Assembly (NCBI GenBank): GCA_963773065.1
Contig: CAVYZN010000011.1
Location: forward strand, 302,287-366,286
Origin: an uncultured Gammaproteobacteria bacterium
GTDB lineage: Bacteria > Pseudomonadota > Gammaproteobacteria > UBA9214
Reading direction: 5' to 3'
DNA length: 64,000 nucleotides
Part shown: piece by piece, positions 44,071-54,727 of the stretch
Layout of the letters: each line of letters begins with the position of its first letter
Position numbering within the stretch: position 1 is the stretch's first letter
The notes under the pieces: model-generated
Databases searched by the model: none
Told to the model about the DNA's origin: nothing
What the model saw: the letters and a program-made list of their open reading frames with translations, nothing else
Program-made: the position numbers and the translations under genes

Positions 44071-45504
44071 ATGTATAGAACCATAACCGGACCGGTCTTT
44101 TGTGTGCTTGCCGTCCTCTTGTGTTTGTCGAGCCTACCGTCGGCGACGCTAGCCGCGGGTCTCTACGATGTTTCCTATGTCTGGTCCCGCGATATCGACG
44201 GCGTCCGGGATTACCGCAAGCGGGTAGCCGGGGTGCTGGGGAAGGCGGTGGCGAAGGATCTTAAGGTGGTTTCCAACGGCAAGCTGTTCGGTCTTGTCTA
44301 CGCGCGGCGCGGCGACAGCGCCGGGGCGACCCGGGTGGCGCAGAGCCATACCAAGCTGTTGCGAGCCCGGGGTCTTCAGGCGGCCAGCCCGGTACGTTCC
44401 GAGAACTGGACACTCGTTGGCGACACCGGGGCACGGCAAGCCGCTGTCGCATCGCCCGGCGGGTCGAGTTCACCCAAGAGCAGGAAGACCGCACCCGCCG
44501 CCGCATCGCCCGAGGTGGCGGGTACCCCCAAGAGCAAGATGATCACGCCTGCCGTCGCATCGCCCGGCGTGACGAGTTCACCCAAGCGCAAGGCGACCAT
44601 ACCCGCCGCATCGCCCGGCGTGCCGAGCGCACCCAAGAACAACATGAGTGCATCCGCCGTCGCCTCGTCCGATGTGCCGAGTGCACGCATAAGCGAGATG
44701 ACGACCACCGAACGCAGCCGGGAGATCCACAATCTCAAGGCGGCGGTTATGGACTACCTCAATCGCCTGCGCCAGGAAGGCAAGCTCGCACCCGACGAGC
44801 GCACCGGCTGGTCGGTGTATGATTTCACCACTGGCGAGAAGCTCGTCACGATCAACGAGGATGAGCAGTTCCAGACGGCCAGCCTCGTCAAACCCTTTAT
44901 CGCGGCGGCTTTCTTTCACAAGGTCGAGCGGGGTGAACTCACCTACAACAAGGAAAGCCGCCGGCACCTGCAGCGGATGATCCAGCACTCGAACAATGCC
45001 TCCACAAACTGGGTGATGCGGCGGGTAGGCGGACCGCAGGCGGTCGAACGGATCCTGAATCAGCAGTATCCCGAGATATTCCAGGAGGTCCAGCTCGTCG
45101 AGTACATACCGGCCGGTGGAAAGACCTATCGCAACAAGGCATCGGTGCACGACTACAGCCGCTTCCTGTATGCGCTCTGGAAGGAGGAGATCGCCGGCGC
45201 ACCCGAGATTAAACGCCTGATGGCGCTGCCGGGACACGACCGGATCTACACGGGCGTGCGGGGCGTGCCGAAAGACACCAAGGTCTACAACAAGACCGGC
45301 AGCACCGCGCGTCTCTGCGGTGACATGGGCATCCTGAACGTCAAGGGCGCGGACGGCAGGTGGTATCCCTATACGCTGGTCGGCATCATCGAGAAAGGCA
45401 AGAGCGCCCCTGATTACACGAGCTGGATCCGTTCGCGCGGCGACATCATCCGCAATATCTCCAGCATCGTTTACAAGGGTATCGCGCAGCAGAACGATAT
45501 CTAG
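44071..45504 (+). CDS. Secreted serine hydrolase with class A beta-lactamase/PBP fold and a repeat linker
   Basis: SLVK (SxxK), SNN (SxN), KTG; signal peptide. Confidence 0.8.
   Translation: MYRTITGPVFCVLAVLLCLSSLPSATLAAGLYDVSYVWSRDIDGVRDYRKRVAGVLGKAVAKDLKVVSNGKLFGLVYARRGDSAGATRVAQSHTKLLRARGLQAASPVRSENWTLVGDTGARQAAVASPGGSSSPKSRKTAPAAASPEVAGTPKSKMITPAVASPGVTSSPKRKATIPAASPGVPSAPKNNMSASAVASSDVPSARISEMTTTERSREIHNLKAAVMDYLNRLRQEGKLAPDERTGWSVYDFTTGEKLVTINEDEQFQTASLVKPFIAAAFFHKVERGELTYNKESRRHLQRMIQHSNNASTNWVMRRVGGPQAVERILNQQYPEIFQEVQLVEYIPAGGKTYRNKASVHDYSRFLYALWKEEIAGAPEIKRLMALPGHDRIYTGVRGVPKDTKVYNKTGSTARLCGDMGILNVKGADGRWYPYTLVGIIEKGKSAPDYTSWIRSRGDIIRNISSIVYKGIAQQNDI
44443..44690 (+). repeat. Five degenerate tandem repeats of about 54 bp encoding AVASPGxxSxPKx units
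   Basis: Units start at 44443, 44497, 44551, 44605 and 44656. Confidence 0.8.
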
Positions 45505-45639
45505 GAAAGCTCTGATCAAGTCTCCCGTTCGCCCTGAGCTTGTCGAAGGGTGAACGGGAAATGCCATAAATGTCAGGCGATTTGTCCGTTCATGGTTCGA
45601 CAGGCTCACCACGAACGGACTTAATCAGAGCTTCCCTAG
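45502..45639. mobile_element. Second copy of the ~135-bp MITE
   Basis: taggaaagctctgatcaagt ... acttaatcagagcttccctag, with the same internal palindrome as 21313-21448. Confidence 0.8.
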
Positions 45640-45788
45640 AAGAAAAATGTGCCGGCTATTCCTGGATTCCGGCTCGCACTCGCTACGCTCGTTTGGTCGA
45701 AGTGACGGTGAACAAATGTCATCCCTTTATGTAAGTGTCCGTATCACCTGCGGTTGACTCCTCGCGCCGAAGCCTCCACCCTCTGACC

Positions 45789-46542
45789 ATGGCATGCACC
45801 CTACGGAAAGGCTTTCTCGCCGTGCTGCTGGCGGCCTTGGCGGTGATCGGGCATTCCCTTCAGGCAGCCACCTTCCCCGACAAGCCGCCCAAGGAGCACT
45901 TCTTCGTCGATGAGGCCAAGCTCCTCGACGAACAGGCGCGCAAGGCGATCGATGCCACCGCACTGGCGCTGCTGAAGGATGAGCGGATCCCGCTCTTCGT
46001 CGTGACCATCCCGTCCCTTTCCGCCTACGAGGCGAGCGGCCTGGGCATCGAGGCGTATGCCAAGGCGCTGTTCGATGCCTGGGGCATCGGATCGGCGGAT
46101 CGGAACTACGGCATGCTGCTGCTGGTCTCGGCGGGAGACCGCAAGGCACGCATCGAGCTGGGCGCGGGCTTCGAACACCGCTATGACGCCCAGGCCGACG
46201 ACATCATGCAGTCGCTGATCGTCCCGGCCTTCAGGCGGGGCGAATACTCCACCGGGATCGGCGACGGCGTGCGCGGTTTGGACGCCATGGCGCAGGGGGC
46301 TGCAACTTCCCAGGCCGACGGCGCCCTGGTGGTTCTGGCCGGTGCTGATCGGTGGCGCCATCTTCCTTGGCGCCCTGATCTACAACCTGTTCAAGAGTGG
46401 CAAGTCCGGGTGGGCCTGGGCATTGATCGCCGCCTTGGCGGTGCTCATCTTCTTCCTGCTGCGCGCGGCCGCTGCCGGCGGATCCGGCGGGGGCTTCGGC
46501 GGCGGATCCTCGGGCGGCGGCGGAGCGACCGGCTCGTGGTAG
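45789..46542 (+). CDS. TPM domain protein (frameshift near 46290)
   Basis: VDEAKLL, WGIG, GMLLLVS..DRKARIELG, GFGGGSSGGGGATGSW. Confidence 0.85.
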
Positions 46543-46552
46543 GTACCCGAGG

Positions 46553-47228
46553 ATGAAGACGGCGAGCGCACTGTTCAACGAGCGGGAGCGGCAGCTTATC
46601 GCGGCCGCCGTGGCCGCGGCGGAGCAGGGCACCGCGGGCGAGATCGTGCCGGTGGTGGCCACGGTCTCGGGACGCTACGACCGGGCCGAGGACCTCTTCG
46701 GGCTGCTGCTGGGCCTGGTGGCGCTGGCCGTGATCTGGGTCCTGTTCCAGGACACCACCGAGATGGCATGGGCCGCCGGAGCGTCGCCGACGCTGGGACT
46801 CGCCGCGGTGATCGCCATCGTCGTTACCGGCTTCGTGGCCGGCGCCGCGCTCGCGACCCGCTTTCCCGTGCTGCGCCTGCCCTTCATCCCGCCGCGCGAG
46901 ATGCGCCTGGAGGTGGAACGGCGTGCCCTGGAAACCTTTCAGCGCCACCGTGTCCGCACCACGGCGGGCGGCACCGGCGTGTTGATCTACGTGTCCCTCT
47001 ACGAGCGCCTGGTGCGGGTGGTGGGCGACGAGGCGGTGGCGCAGAAGATCTCCCAGGTGGACTGGGAGGCGATCTGCGCGCCTGGTGGTCGAGGGCATGA
47101 AGACGGGCCGCGCGGCCGAGGGGCTGGCGCAGGCGATTCGCCAGAGCGGCGAGCTGCTCGCCCGCCACTTTCCCATCCGCCCCGGCGACCGCAACGAACT
47201 CATCAACGAGTTGATACTCATCGACTGA
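46553..47228 (+). CDS. TPM domain membrane partner protein (frameshift near 47080)
   Basis: AEQGTAGEIVPVV, TGVLIYVSLYER, DRNEL. Confidence 0.8.
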
Positions 47229-47334
47229 GAGCTTGTGAAGAAATCTACTGCGCACCCCGATCGCGGAGCGCGCGCCGGAAGGCCGCATTATCGCCTTCGC
47301 GGAAAAGCCAAAAGACCCCGCGGTGCAGGCCCAG

Positions 47335-48031
47335 ATGGTCAGCCGTGACGATCCCGAACGGCCGTTCCTCGGCTCGATGGGAATCTATGTCTTCAAGATG
47401 CAGGTGTTGATCGATCTGCTCACCGAGCATCCCGACTTCGACGACTTTGGCAGCGATGTGATCCCCTACGCCATCGGCACCAGGCCCGTGTACGGATTTG
47501 ACTTTGACGGCTACTGGCGGGATATCGGGACCATCCGTTCGTTCTATGACACCAACCTCGAGCTGACCAAGGCGGACGCGCCATTCAACTTCTACGACGC
47601 GCACCGCCCGATTTATACGCACGCCCGCTTTCTGCCCGGCTCGATCGTGGAAGAGAGCAAACTCAAGGATGTGTTCCTCACCGAAGGCTGCGTCATCAAG
47701 GGCGCGCAGATTACGCCACTCCGTCATCGGCCTGCGCAGCAGATCGGCGCCGGGAACCGTCATCAGCGACAGCATCGTGATGGGCGCGGATTACTACGAA
47801 CGCCGCTCGCGGGATGGAAGGCTCGGGATCGGCGAACGCTGCCACATCGAGGGCGCGATCCTCGACAAAAACGTGCACATCGGCGATGGTGCCATCATCC
47901 GGCCTTTCCCGCGCGGCACCGAGATGGACGCGGGCACCTGGGTCGTTCAGGATGGCATCGTCGTCATTCCCAAGGACACCATCGTCCCGGCCGGCACGCG
48001 CATCGCGCCTGACAATGGGATGACCCCTTGA
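47335..48031 (+). pseudogene. glgC: 3' half of glucose-1-phosphate adenylyltransferase; 5' half absent
   Basis: SMGIYVF, DFGSDVIP, YWRDIGTI, RFLPGS, VMGADYY, AILDKN, GIVVIPK. Confidence 0.8.
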
Positions 48032-48047
48032 TCAACCGGCGTCAGAC

Positions 48048-48353
48048 TCAGTTGGTAAAGCGATCGAGGGATTCGAGCAGGCGCTTGCCATGGATCACGG
48101 CAAGGATGTGGATTTCATCCTCAGTCAACTTGTAGACGAGGCGGTAGGTGTAGAGGAATCGCTCGCGCACGTTGGGGTCGGCGAGTTCCGGCACGATGCG
48201 TCCGAGCTCAGCGTGCACGGGCAGTTCATCGGCAAGGTCGAACGGACGTTCGACGACGCGTTGGGCGTGATAGGGTGAATCCCGGCCGATGTATTCGGCG
48301 ATGCGATCGATATCATCGAGCGCCTCATTCGACCAGATCAGGGCTTGAGCCAT
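48048..48353 (-). CDS. RelE/ParE toxin
   Basis: WSNEALDD, GRIVPEL, RERFLYTYRLVY, AVIHG. Confidence 0.9.
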   Translation of the reverse strand: MAQALIWSNEALDDIDRIAEYIGRDSPYHAQRVVERPFDLADELPVHAELGRIVPELADPNVRERFLYTYRLVYKLTEDEIHILAVIHGKRLLESLDRFTN

Positions 48354-48526
48354 TTGCTCAGGCGTTCTTTGGCCTGCTCGTGGGTGAGGCGTCTGCCGTC
48401 GCGGATGTCATCGCGCCCACGGCGGATCTTCTCAAGGACGTAGAGGTGATACTGGATATCCTCGATCGTGCTGTCATCCGGGAGATGATCTAATAGCTCT
48501 CGGACGTCTCGCTTCACGGTGGGCAT
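48338..48526 (-). CDS. Cognate antitoxin
   Basis: LPDDSTIEDIQYHLYVLEKIRRG; overlaps the toxin start. Confidence 0.8.
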   Translation of the reverse strand: MPTVKRDVRELLDHLPDDSTIEDIQYHLYVLEKIRRGRDDIRDGRRLTHEQAKERLSKWLKP

Positions 48527-48681
48527 TGGTCACCCTCTCTATGCGGTGGATTTGCTCTCAAGCATATCACGGTGTCGATGCATTTTTTGTCCCATCTAAT
48601 TTGGGGTCAGAGTAAAAACTCTTGTGACATTCTCCCAATCTGAGAAAGTGCGAGAGTTTTTACTCTGACCCCCCAATATTT

Positions 48682-48972
48682 ATCGGCCTGCGCAGCATCA
48701 TCGGCGCTGGAACCGTCATCAAAGACAGCATCGTGATGGGTGCGGATTACTATGAACGCCGCTCGCGGGATGTAAGGCTTGGGATCGGCGAGGGCTGTCA
48801 CATTGAGGGCGCGATCATCGACAAGAACGTGCGGATCGGCGATGGGACCATCATCCGGCCTTTCCCGCGTGCCACCGAGATGGACGCGGGCACCTGGGTC
48901 GTTCAGGATGGAATCGTCGTCATCCCCAAGGACACCATCGTCCCGGCCGGCACGCGCATCGCACCGGAATAA
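48682..48972 (+). repeat. Diverged direct duplicate of the glgC 3' end (47726-48012)
   Basis: Same VMGADYYERRSRD...GIVVIPKDTIVPAGTRIAP coding sequence. Confidence 0.9.
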
Positions 48973-49387
48973 CCGCCGGCGATGGGGCAGACTCGATTGA
49001 TCATAGTCGAAATCAATCAAGTCGAGATGGCGGGAGCAATCGAGTTTGACCCCATTGACTTACCACGACCCATTGGACATGAATACGAGTCACCGCGGTC
49101 CAAACGGGACATCCCTTCTCCCTCCGGGAGAAGGCCAGGATGAGGGGGTATAAAATCAAGCTGCTATCTTATTGTGGACATCGTGGGAAAATAGCGTTTA
49201 TTCTCCATCATTACATCACCCGGCCGACGGTCTCAAGAAAGAGGAACCAAAGCCGCGTAATACCCGGTTGCGGTAGCCCAGATCCAGCCGCTTGGGGCTA
49301 CGGAGAAGCGCCAGGTACTTCAATTCATCGACACGATGATCGAGCGGGGCAGTTGAAGAAGAAGGCCACCACCGAATAGCGGCTCGC

Positions 49388-49699
49388 GTGAACACAGAGA
49401 TCGTCTATGATTTTGAATGGGATGCGGCCAAGGCGCTCGCCAACGCGGCCAAGCATGGGGTCACATTCGACCAGGCGGCAACGGTGTTTCGAGACGCGCT
49501 GGCGCTCACGGTCTTTGACTCGGCCCACAGCCAATCCGAGGAACGCTGGTTTACGCTCGGGCACGATGCGAGCGGCGCGCTCTTGGCGGTGGCGCATACG
49601 TATCAAACAACGGATCCCAATCGCGTGCGGGTGCGCATTATCTCGGCGCGCGAAGCGACCAACCGTGAACGACGTTTTTATGAGGACGAACCTCGATAG
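49388..49699 (+). CDS. brnT: BrnT family toxin
   Basis: FEWDAAKA..NAAKHGVTF, EERW, RIISAREAT. Confidence 0.9.
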   Translation: MNTEIVYDFEWDAAKALANAAKHGVTFDQAATVFRDALALTVFDSAHSQSEERWFTLGHDASGALLAVAHTYQTTDPNRVRVRIISAREATNRERRFYEDEPR

Positions 49700-49707
49700 G
49701 TGACACC

Positions 49708-49944
49708 ATGAATGCAACCAGCAACCCACCCAACGATGACGATATACCGGACGAGATCGACTTCTCGGGCGGCGTGCGCGGGAAGTTCTACCGACCGGGC
49801 GCCAAGTTCAATCTGCCGGTATATCTCGATACCCAAGTGCTCGAGTACCTGGCCGAGCGCGCGAAGGCCAAGGGCGTCCCGCTCAATGAGCTCATCAATC
49901 AACTGCTCAAGAAGGACATCGAGTTGATTGAGGCGGGGCGTTGA
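49708..49944 (+). CDS. BrnA-like antitoxin
   Basis: EIDFSGGVRGKFY, VYLD, LINQLL. Confidence 0.8.
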   Translation: MNATSNPPNDDDIPDEIDFSGGVRGKFYRPGAKFNLPVYLDTQVLEYLAERAKAKGVPLNELINQLLKKDIELIEAGR

Positions 49945-50118
49945 TCCATTCGGCGGGTCGCGGGGACACCCAGTGCCGATCTACGATCTCGGCGTCGCCC
50001 CGACGGTCAACCATTTTACACGATGCGCATCGTCAAGAAGTGCTCCTAGCACCGCGCCGACATGGAAATTAAATCTGTCCCGGTTTTCCATCCGCAAATC
50101 AACAATGAGGCGAATCTG

Positions 50119-50340
50119 ATGGTTAAGCGACTAACAGCAATCATCGAAAGGGAAGGCGATGGCTATGTATCACTTTGCCCGGAGCTCGATGTAGCAAGCC
50201 AGGGCGATTCCATTGCAGAGGCAAGAGCCAATCTAATAGAAGCATTGGAGTTGTTTTTCGAAACCGCGTCTCCGGACGAAATCAATTCGCGACTTCATGA
50301 TGAGGTGTATGTCACTCATGTGGAGGTCGCGGTTGGTTAA
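50119..50340 (+). CDS. hicB: HicB family antitoxin (short form)
   Basis: YVSLCPELDVASQGDSIAEARANLIEAL. Confidence 0.9.
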   Translation: MVKRLTAIIEREGDGYVSLCPELDVASQGDSIAEARANLIEALELFFETASPDEINSRLHDEVYVTHVEVAVG

Positions 50341-50550
50341 ACTGAAAGTGCTGTCTGGCAGCGAGGTATGCAAATCCTGGCAATACACGGCTTCAAGTAA
50401 GTCAGAAGAAAAGGAAGCCATGTAATCCTGCAAAAGAAAATCCCTGGAAGCACGGTAACGGTGCCTGTGCCAGATCATAAAGAAATAAGAACGGGCACGC
50501 TGCTATCGATCATTCGCCAATCTGGATTGCAGCGCTCTGAATTTGAGTGA
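50333..50550 (+). CDS. hicA: HicA family toxin (frameshifted)
   Basis: KLKVLSG, KGSHVILQK, VPVPDHKEIRTGTLLSIIRQSG. Confidence 0.8.
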
Positions 50551-50658
50551 AAAAGTTCAGTTGTCGAACCGAACCATGGGGTCACCCCGTTGGTGATGAT
50601 GAAAAATAAATCCGTCCCGGTTTTCCCGGGTCTAGACGCTTTAGTCCTGCCATGAAAC

Positions 50659-51461
50659 TCAGAGATTCAATTTTCCTATCTTCTTTTTCACTTTTTCTGC
50701 TTCCTTTTCAACAGCAACGGTTGAGGCTGATTCAATAACAATACGACCTTCGTCAATCTTGTCGTACATTGATTCAACAGTAATACGCGATCCCTGACTG
50801 TCTTGCCATACGAATATGTCCTTGTCGAACTTCGTCCCCATTTTGTTTTCTACCTGTGTAGTAGTCTTTGAAGGCTTTCCGTACTTAGCTTCAAGAACTT
50901 CCACTTCTGCTAGCATTTCGCCTTTAGATCCAGATATCTGAACGCTAAGGAGCGATCCATCGTCGCCCAAAACGAGCCATCCGTCGGCTTTCGACAGAAT
51001 GCCATAGCTTACAGGAAGATGTATCGTACGTTCCTTGAATACACACGGCGAATCACCAGATGATTCGTCTTTTTTTATGGCATTCATTCCTTCTCCCGGC
51101 ACATTTTGTCCGATGAATGTGAACACGTCTCAGCAATCATATTCGTTATTTCTTGCCGGCACATTTCCTGAAGGGCTTCCTTTACCCCAGGTTTATCAAG
51201 AGGAATACCTTTGAAGGTAATGGGCTCCGTTGTAAATTTGCTGGGTAACTCAGCCCCCTTTTGTTGCTCAAGGTGGCTCTGTCGCCCGACCCTTTCTGCA
51301 GCTTCGGCGCAAAGAGTTCGTTCTTCAGGGGCCTTCATCAGTTTGCATGCTTCAAGCAATATTTCGTTATCACTTGCTGGCGGTGCGGCAACTGAATGCT
51401 TGTTGTTGCAACCTATGATGAGCAATGCGGCGAGTGTCGAACAGATAAATCTTAGCTTCAC
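50659..51461 (-). CDS. Hypothetical lipoprotein, AT-rich (frameshift near 51130)
   Basis: IIGC lipobox; joins ORFs 51084..51461 and 50659..51126. Confidence 0.55.
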
Positions 51462-51506
51462 AATATTCTCCTATTTCATTGCTTTGCCTAGCGCGATAAT
51501 GAACTA

Positions 51507-52055
51507 TCATCGGCGCGCCGCTTTTGGCGTATCCCCTGGAGCACCTTGTTCGGCGTCTATACCACTGAACTCGCGCTCGAATAGAGTTCCGATTAGCCAC
51601 ACAAGGACAGCTGGGATTATCCAAAGCACCAGTATCACGAGGTATATCAGCAACCGGTTGTCAAAAAAGGAAGTGCATGGAGCCGCGGTCTGCCCAACGG
51701 GGCCTGCGCCAAACAAGACGACACCCATCAATATCTCTAGCAGGACTATGAAGAAGGAATTGCCATGTTCCCTGAGATGACGATAGGAGTCAGTGATCCC
51801 GCCCGTTGCATTTTCACGCTTCTCAGCGAGACTCTTGTAGAACACGAAAAGCTTTCTGATATTCACTAAGGTGAGGCCGGCAACTAGATACTGAAGCCAC
51901 ACAATAAAGGCAAAAAGCAAACACGCAGCGGAATAGACCCCACGTTCAAAAAGGCTCAGCTCGCTCGTCAGGTACCAGATAACAATCGACGCGATAATGG
52001 GCGGAGGGAGAAGAAACATTAATCGTTTGAGCCACTCACAACTGGCGACTCGCAT
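51507..52055 (-). CDS. Hypothetical membrane protein, AT-rich
   Basis: Four hydrophobic segments; start uncertain. Confidence 0.45.
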   Translation of the reverse strand: MRVASCEWLKRLMFLLPPPIIASIVIWYLTSELSLFERGVYSAACLLFAFIVWLQYLVAGLTLVNIRKLFVFYKSLAEKRENATGGITDSYRHLREHGNSFFIVLLEILMGVVLFGAGPVGQTAAPCTSFFDNRLLIYLVILVLWIIPAVLVWLIGTLFEREFSGIDAEQGAPGDTPKAARR

Positions 52056-52096
52056 CAGGAGAAATCGCCCTGCGTGGAACACGAGAATGGGCGCAC

Positions 52097-53933
52097 TAGA
52101 TTCCTTGATTGATAATCTTTTGACCTTGTGAGTCAAGTTTTTCCTGTTGCACTTTCATGCGGCGAATTTGGCCTGGTCACAGAAGGTGTTGATTGCTTCG
52201 TTCATCGCGCTGAAGCGTCGATGCAATGCGTTGCTCGGTTGGGCGTCGGTTGGATTGAGAAGCGACATTCCCGGTCGCAACACGCGGTTGTAGAGGCGGC
52301 TGTAGAACATCGCGGTCTTGAGACCGTGTTCGGTCAGCCGGTAACGATGCGTGTGCGGGATACGTTCGATCAATCCATGCAGACGCAAACGACGCAGGTC
52401 ATAGGTCATGCGGCCCGGGCGCAGTTGACTGGTCGATGCCCAGTAAGGTGCAGAGCTGCTCACGCAGGTCGCGGTTGGAGAAGCCACGGGTCAGCAGGAC
52501 AAACAACAACAGCGCTTGCATCAGGGCTTGAATATGGGGATCGGCAAAGGCAATGCCGAGGCCCGCTGCCCGTTGATCTCCAGGCTACGCTGATGACGCT
52601 GGATTCCTCTTCACCCAAGGCGCAATCGTGGCTGATCGTTTGGACGTCCAGCAGACGTCGGTTGGCCGAGAAGCCGACCTGACGCAGCGCCGTCAGGTTA
52701 TGCAGCCGTCGTCCCAGGGCGAAATCGTAGGTATCGTTGATCGTGGTCTCGGTGCGCAGTGCCTGACCCTCCTTGTGGTACTGCTTGATGCGGCTGTGCT
52801 TGTAGTCCACATGCAGCGAAGGTGTTACACCGTCGGTGAGGACGCGGGTGCGGAAGCGACCGGGGGAGCTTGCCGACACGACGGTTGAAGATCAGTTGCA
52901 CCGAAGCGGGTCGGCCGATGTCGAGATTCTCACGAATCACATCCTCGAATAATACCCGACCCGCGAGCGGGCGGTCCAGCACCTGGGTGAGCGAGAACTC
53001 GGCCTGCAGGATGGAGATGTCGTAGCGGCAACCCGAGGCACGATCCTGCTTACTGAAGGGGTGCGGCAGACGTTTCAGCCACTTGCGCAGCAAGCGATCG
53101 ATCCGTGCGGCATCCAGGCCATCGCACAACCGCTGCAGGGCAGCGGGATTGGCACACGTGTGTACCCCGTTATCGAGCGCCTCGAAGGCGATACCCCGTT
53201 TATGCAACTGGCACTTGGCGTATTCGTTGCCATTCAGGCACAGCTTGGCGTTGTACGGAAAATAGGTGCAGAACTTCAGGAACAACGGACCGAAGTCCTC
53301 ATCCACACAATAGAAGTAGAGGTGGTTGACCATCGCCGTGGACGAGACAATCCACGGATAGGTCCCTCCCGTGCGCGGATTGCGCCGCCGCTCGGTGCGC
53401 ATCACCCGCGCCTTCTCCTGCGCCTTGCCCACGTAAAGCACGCCCTCCGCGCCCCGGAAACGCGCCAGATAGTCCTGCGTCACCTCATCCTTGCGCTCGC
53501 CCTTCTTGAACTGCACCACATCCACACCGGTGCGCGCGACAAACGCATCGACCGACTTCAGAAACCCTCCGTCATCGGCGCCACCGCTGCCGTCAGGTGA
53601 AACGCTGTACCTTGCACCCATGCAGATACCCCACCACCCCGCCAACATTCTGCAAATGCGGCACATACACATTCAGATACAGCCGATCAATCGACTCGCA
53701 CTCCAGTGTCACGTGATCGCGCAGGACATCCGCCGCCGTCTGTGGTAGGTTCATCATCGGCTCCGATCGTCATCGGGTCATCAGACCCACTTGACCCATT
53801 GTGGTCCGACCTCTCGAAGGTCTCAATGCCCGCGGCTCATACCGCGGAGTTGATGGCGATCGGGGCCCATGATTCACACACCGGCAGCAGCGAGCACCAC
53901 ACCGCTCGTCGGTCTGAGGCGCAGCCTCGTTAG
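52097..53933 (-). mobile_element. Putative unclassified IS-like element
   Basis: GC-richer block inside AT-rich DNA, TAG at both borders, truncates the DUF1643 gene, no long terminal IRs seen; boundaries tentative. Confidence 0.55.
52155..53757 (-). CDS. Transposase-like protein of about 530 aa with a C-terminal winged HTH (frameshifts)
   Basis: HVTLECESIDRLYLN, HLYFYCVDEDFG, CTYFPY, QAEFSLTQV, IKQYHKEGQALRTETTIN, MTYDLRRLRLHGLIERIP. Confidence 0.65.
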
Positions 53934-54326
53934 TGGTACGCCAGCGATTACCCTGTGCAGTTCCGCAGTGTGACCATTGCCGCAAGCGATTACGACGAAG
54001 TCTACTTCTGCAGTGACTTTGGCGATGTGGAAGATGTTGCGGCTGTCGGTCTCGGCAGTTCGCTTGAGATCACAGGATTTAGTAGCGTAGCCTGGGAACA
54101 GATTCAGCACGTAATAGCCTCCCCAGTTCCATTGCACAGCAAGGTTACCGCATCGAAATACGGTGTCATCAAACAGGAGGTGGTCTGCCTTTGACGGATT
54201 TGCGCAGAGAAATGCGCCCACTTTGCGCTCGCTGTCCCAGACTCGTTTGAGCACATAGCGAAACTCACCGCACTCCGACTTAATGGAGGTTGAGATGACG
54301 GTGGCGGAGGCGATTGCATCGGTCAT
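53934..54326 (-). pseudogene. DUF1643 protein truncated by the element
   Basis: RYVLKRVWD, ANPSKAD, WGGYYVLNLF, VIACGN. Confidence 0.75.
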
Positions 54327-54727
54327 AGTGTGCCAAATGAATAGGATTCTATCCTTCGTGTGCCCGCATGATGGATAAAATCTGTTGAACTGATCCGCTG
54401 CATTCCGGGCGCTGGCCTATGGGGATTGTGTGAGGCCGACAGGAAGTTCCCGCCTTGGCAGAACGTGTGAGCGAGTTCCTTGATGGCGACACGAATTGTT
54501 CCCTCCAGTTTTTCACAGGTGTTATTCCTCGCGGAAACTATCACAAACGGCGCGCAGGCGGTCAATTGCCGGAGCCGGCGTGAGCGCAAGCTGCCAGCAT
54601 TTCATGAGCGAGGGCGTATTCGACTTCAAGCGCCTCATAGACCTCGCAAAAACCACGGCGCTTGGATGCTCTTTCCAGAAACGCCTTGTGGTCATAACGC
54701 ACGGGTTGGAATTTCATATCAGCCATT

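Noticed and set aside
44443-44690. 54-bp periodic repeats as a CRISPR array
   Set aside because: In-frame degenerate coding repeats with no constant repeat/spacer structure and no cas genes
50560-54500. Integron cassette array (AT-rich orphans, TA genes)
   Set aside because: I could not find convincing paired RYYYAAC/GTTRRRY attC boxes, and there is no intI in the window; kept only as a check under the TA cluster finding
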